Part shown: in pieces, positions 63,051 through 64,000 of the stretch
How positions within the stretch are numbered: position 1 is the first letter of the stretch
Layout of the letters: each line of letters opens with the position of its first letter
Source: Nemertoderma westbladi
Taxonomy: Eukaryota; Animalia; Xenacoelomorpha
DNA length: 64,000 nucleotides
Assembly (NCBI GenBank): GCA_032718475.1
Contig: JAUCBJ010008528.1
Coordinates: forward strand, 62,001-126,000
Direction of reading: 5' to 3'
The notes under the pieces: generated by a model
What the model was told of the DNA's origin: nothing
Database searches by the model: none
What the model saw: the letters and a program-made list of their open reading frames with translations, nothing else
Made by a program: the position numbers and the translations under genes

Positions 63051-63997
63051 GTATGGAAATCCGCATGTAGCAACTTGTGATGTAGTCTGCCGCATTCCAT
63101 GCATCCGTCCTTGCTGTTCGGGCACTGCCGCCGTACATGGCCTGGCGCAAGACATGCCCAACAAGTGTCCAATGTCCGCACTTGAACTCTTCTCTGTTCC
63201 GAATTTAATTCTTTGAACCGTCTGCAACTATCTAACTTATGATCGTCAGATCTTACCTCCTTTAGTAAACAGTATTGGCAACCTACAAATCCATCCGGCA
63301 ACTCCTGTTGCTTTAACCTAGGTCTATCTAACCGCTCACCTGACCATACTCGCGAGTCTGATCTAAAGGCTGGGGTACTCGAATTATATCTGTCTACTGA
63401 GTTAAATGTCACAGTGGTCCTGTCGTCGTCAAAACTTACCATAGACTTACCGGTAACAGGTTTAGACTCCCTCATATTCTCCTCTGAGAAGTTTGATTTC
63501 ATCTCTGCTACTGCGTCTGTGGCTATCATGTCATGAATATGCTGAAGTGTCAACACCTTACCTTGGCCCTCCAACTTATTCTCTAATTTGCGCCATTTCT
63601 GTCTGTAACGCATGTTTAAACGTCTTATTACGCTTTTCAAAACTTCGGCGTGGTCACCATGATGAGGTAGATTCACCGTCCTCAAGATGTCCAATGCGTT
63701 CGAAATAGCGTTCGCTAAGTTCAACAGCTCTAACGGAGTTGTAATCCTTCCGCCCTTACCCAAGTCTTCTACTATCGACTGCGCCATCTTCGTTTTGTTC
63801 CCGTAGATGTCGCTAAGCGTCTTCATTGCTAACTCGAATGCTCTTTCATTGCCGACGAAGTTATCAGCAATGGCTCTAGGTTCTCGATGGAGCATCTGAA
63901 GCAAATAGTTGAACTTCTCGTTGGGAGTAAAGGTGCTGTTGGTTAGCTGCTCGTCGACATAGGTTTTGAAAGTCCTCCAATGCTTATGGTTGCCCAT
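62927..63997 (-). CDS. gag: BEL/Pao gag (partial)
   Basis: W..F...VD, EKFNYL..ML, and the knuckles CQYC...HKLDSC, CWACLAPGHVRRQC, CMECGRLHHKLLH typical of BEL/Pao Gag. Confidence 0.92.
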   Translation of the reverse strand: MGNHKHWRTFKTYVDEQLTNSTFTPNEKFNYLLQMLHREPRAIADNFVGNERAFELAMKTLSDIYGNKTKMAQSIVEDLGKGGRITTPLELLNLANAISNALDILRTVNLPHHGDHAEVLKSVIRRLNMRYRQKWRKLENKLEGQGKVLTLQHIHDMIATDAVAEMKSNFSEENMRESKPVTGKSMVSFDDDRTTVTFNSVDRYNSSTPAFRSDSRVWSGERLDRPRLKQQELPDGFVGCQYCLLKEVRSDDHKLDSCRRFKELNSEQRRVQVRTLDTCWACLAPGHVRRQCPNSKDGCMECGRLHHKLLHADFHTPNGPLLTAKSSQEGEQRTRIDKEEYVHWHPGRWLPTRFVG

Positions 63998-64000
63998 AAA

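Larger units (their letters stand above)
49338..64000 (-). mobile_element. BEL/Pao LTR retrotransposon with an additional 3' ORF; 5' part lies beyond the window
   Basis: Gag with BEL-type Cys/His knuckles, then protease, RT, RNase H and integrase in that order, followed by an extra ORF and a putative LTR. Antisense to the host gene. Confidence 0.92.

Noticed and set aside
51929-63708. Short antisense ORFs over the BEL and LINE coding regions
   Set aside because: Shadow ORFs of long coding sequences with no motifs of their own.

Overview
Animal (probably invertebrate) genomic DNA, not prokaryotic. The window appears to lie inside one + strand class IIa histone deacetylase gene (HDAC4/5/7/9-like). 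Five phase-compatible GT-AG exons are visible (26987-27120, 32855-33167, 43949-44093, 44830-45043, 47460-47667), separated by large repeat-filled introns. Bases 1-26980 are a 32-bp satellite (~840 copies). Its unit aligns without gaps to the splice acceptor plus the first 14 nt of the exon it abuts, so it looks like an amplified, AG-inactivated acceptor. A single-ORF ZCWPW1-like gene (zf-CW + PWWP, 36171-38234) is nested on the same strand in another intron. From ~49340 to the window end lies a minus-strand BEL/Pao LTR retrotransposon, split by an RTE-like LINE. It carries an unusual extra 1133-aa ORF with three CCHC knuckles between pol and the 3' LTR. It also has six dispersed copies of a 16-bp palindrome (CAAACCCGCGGGTTTG), conserved at the nucleotide level across different reading frames and non-coding DNA. 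This extra ORF plus motif array is the best candidate for an undescribed system. The rest is MITEs, Helentron/DINE-like elements, SINE and LINE fragments and minisatellites. All calls are from reading the sequence; no searches were run.
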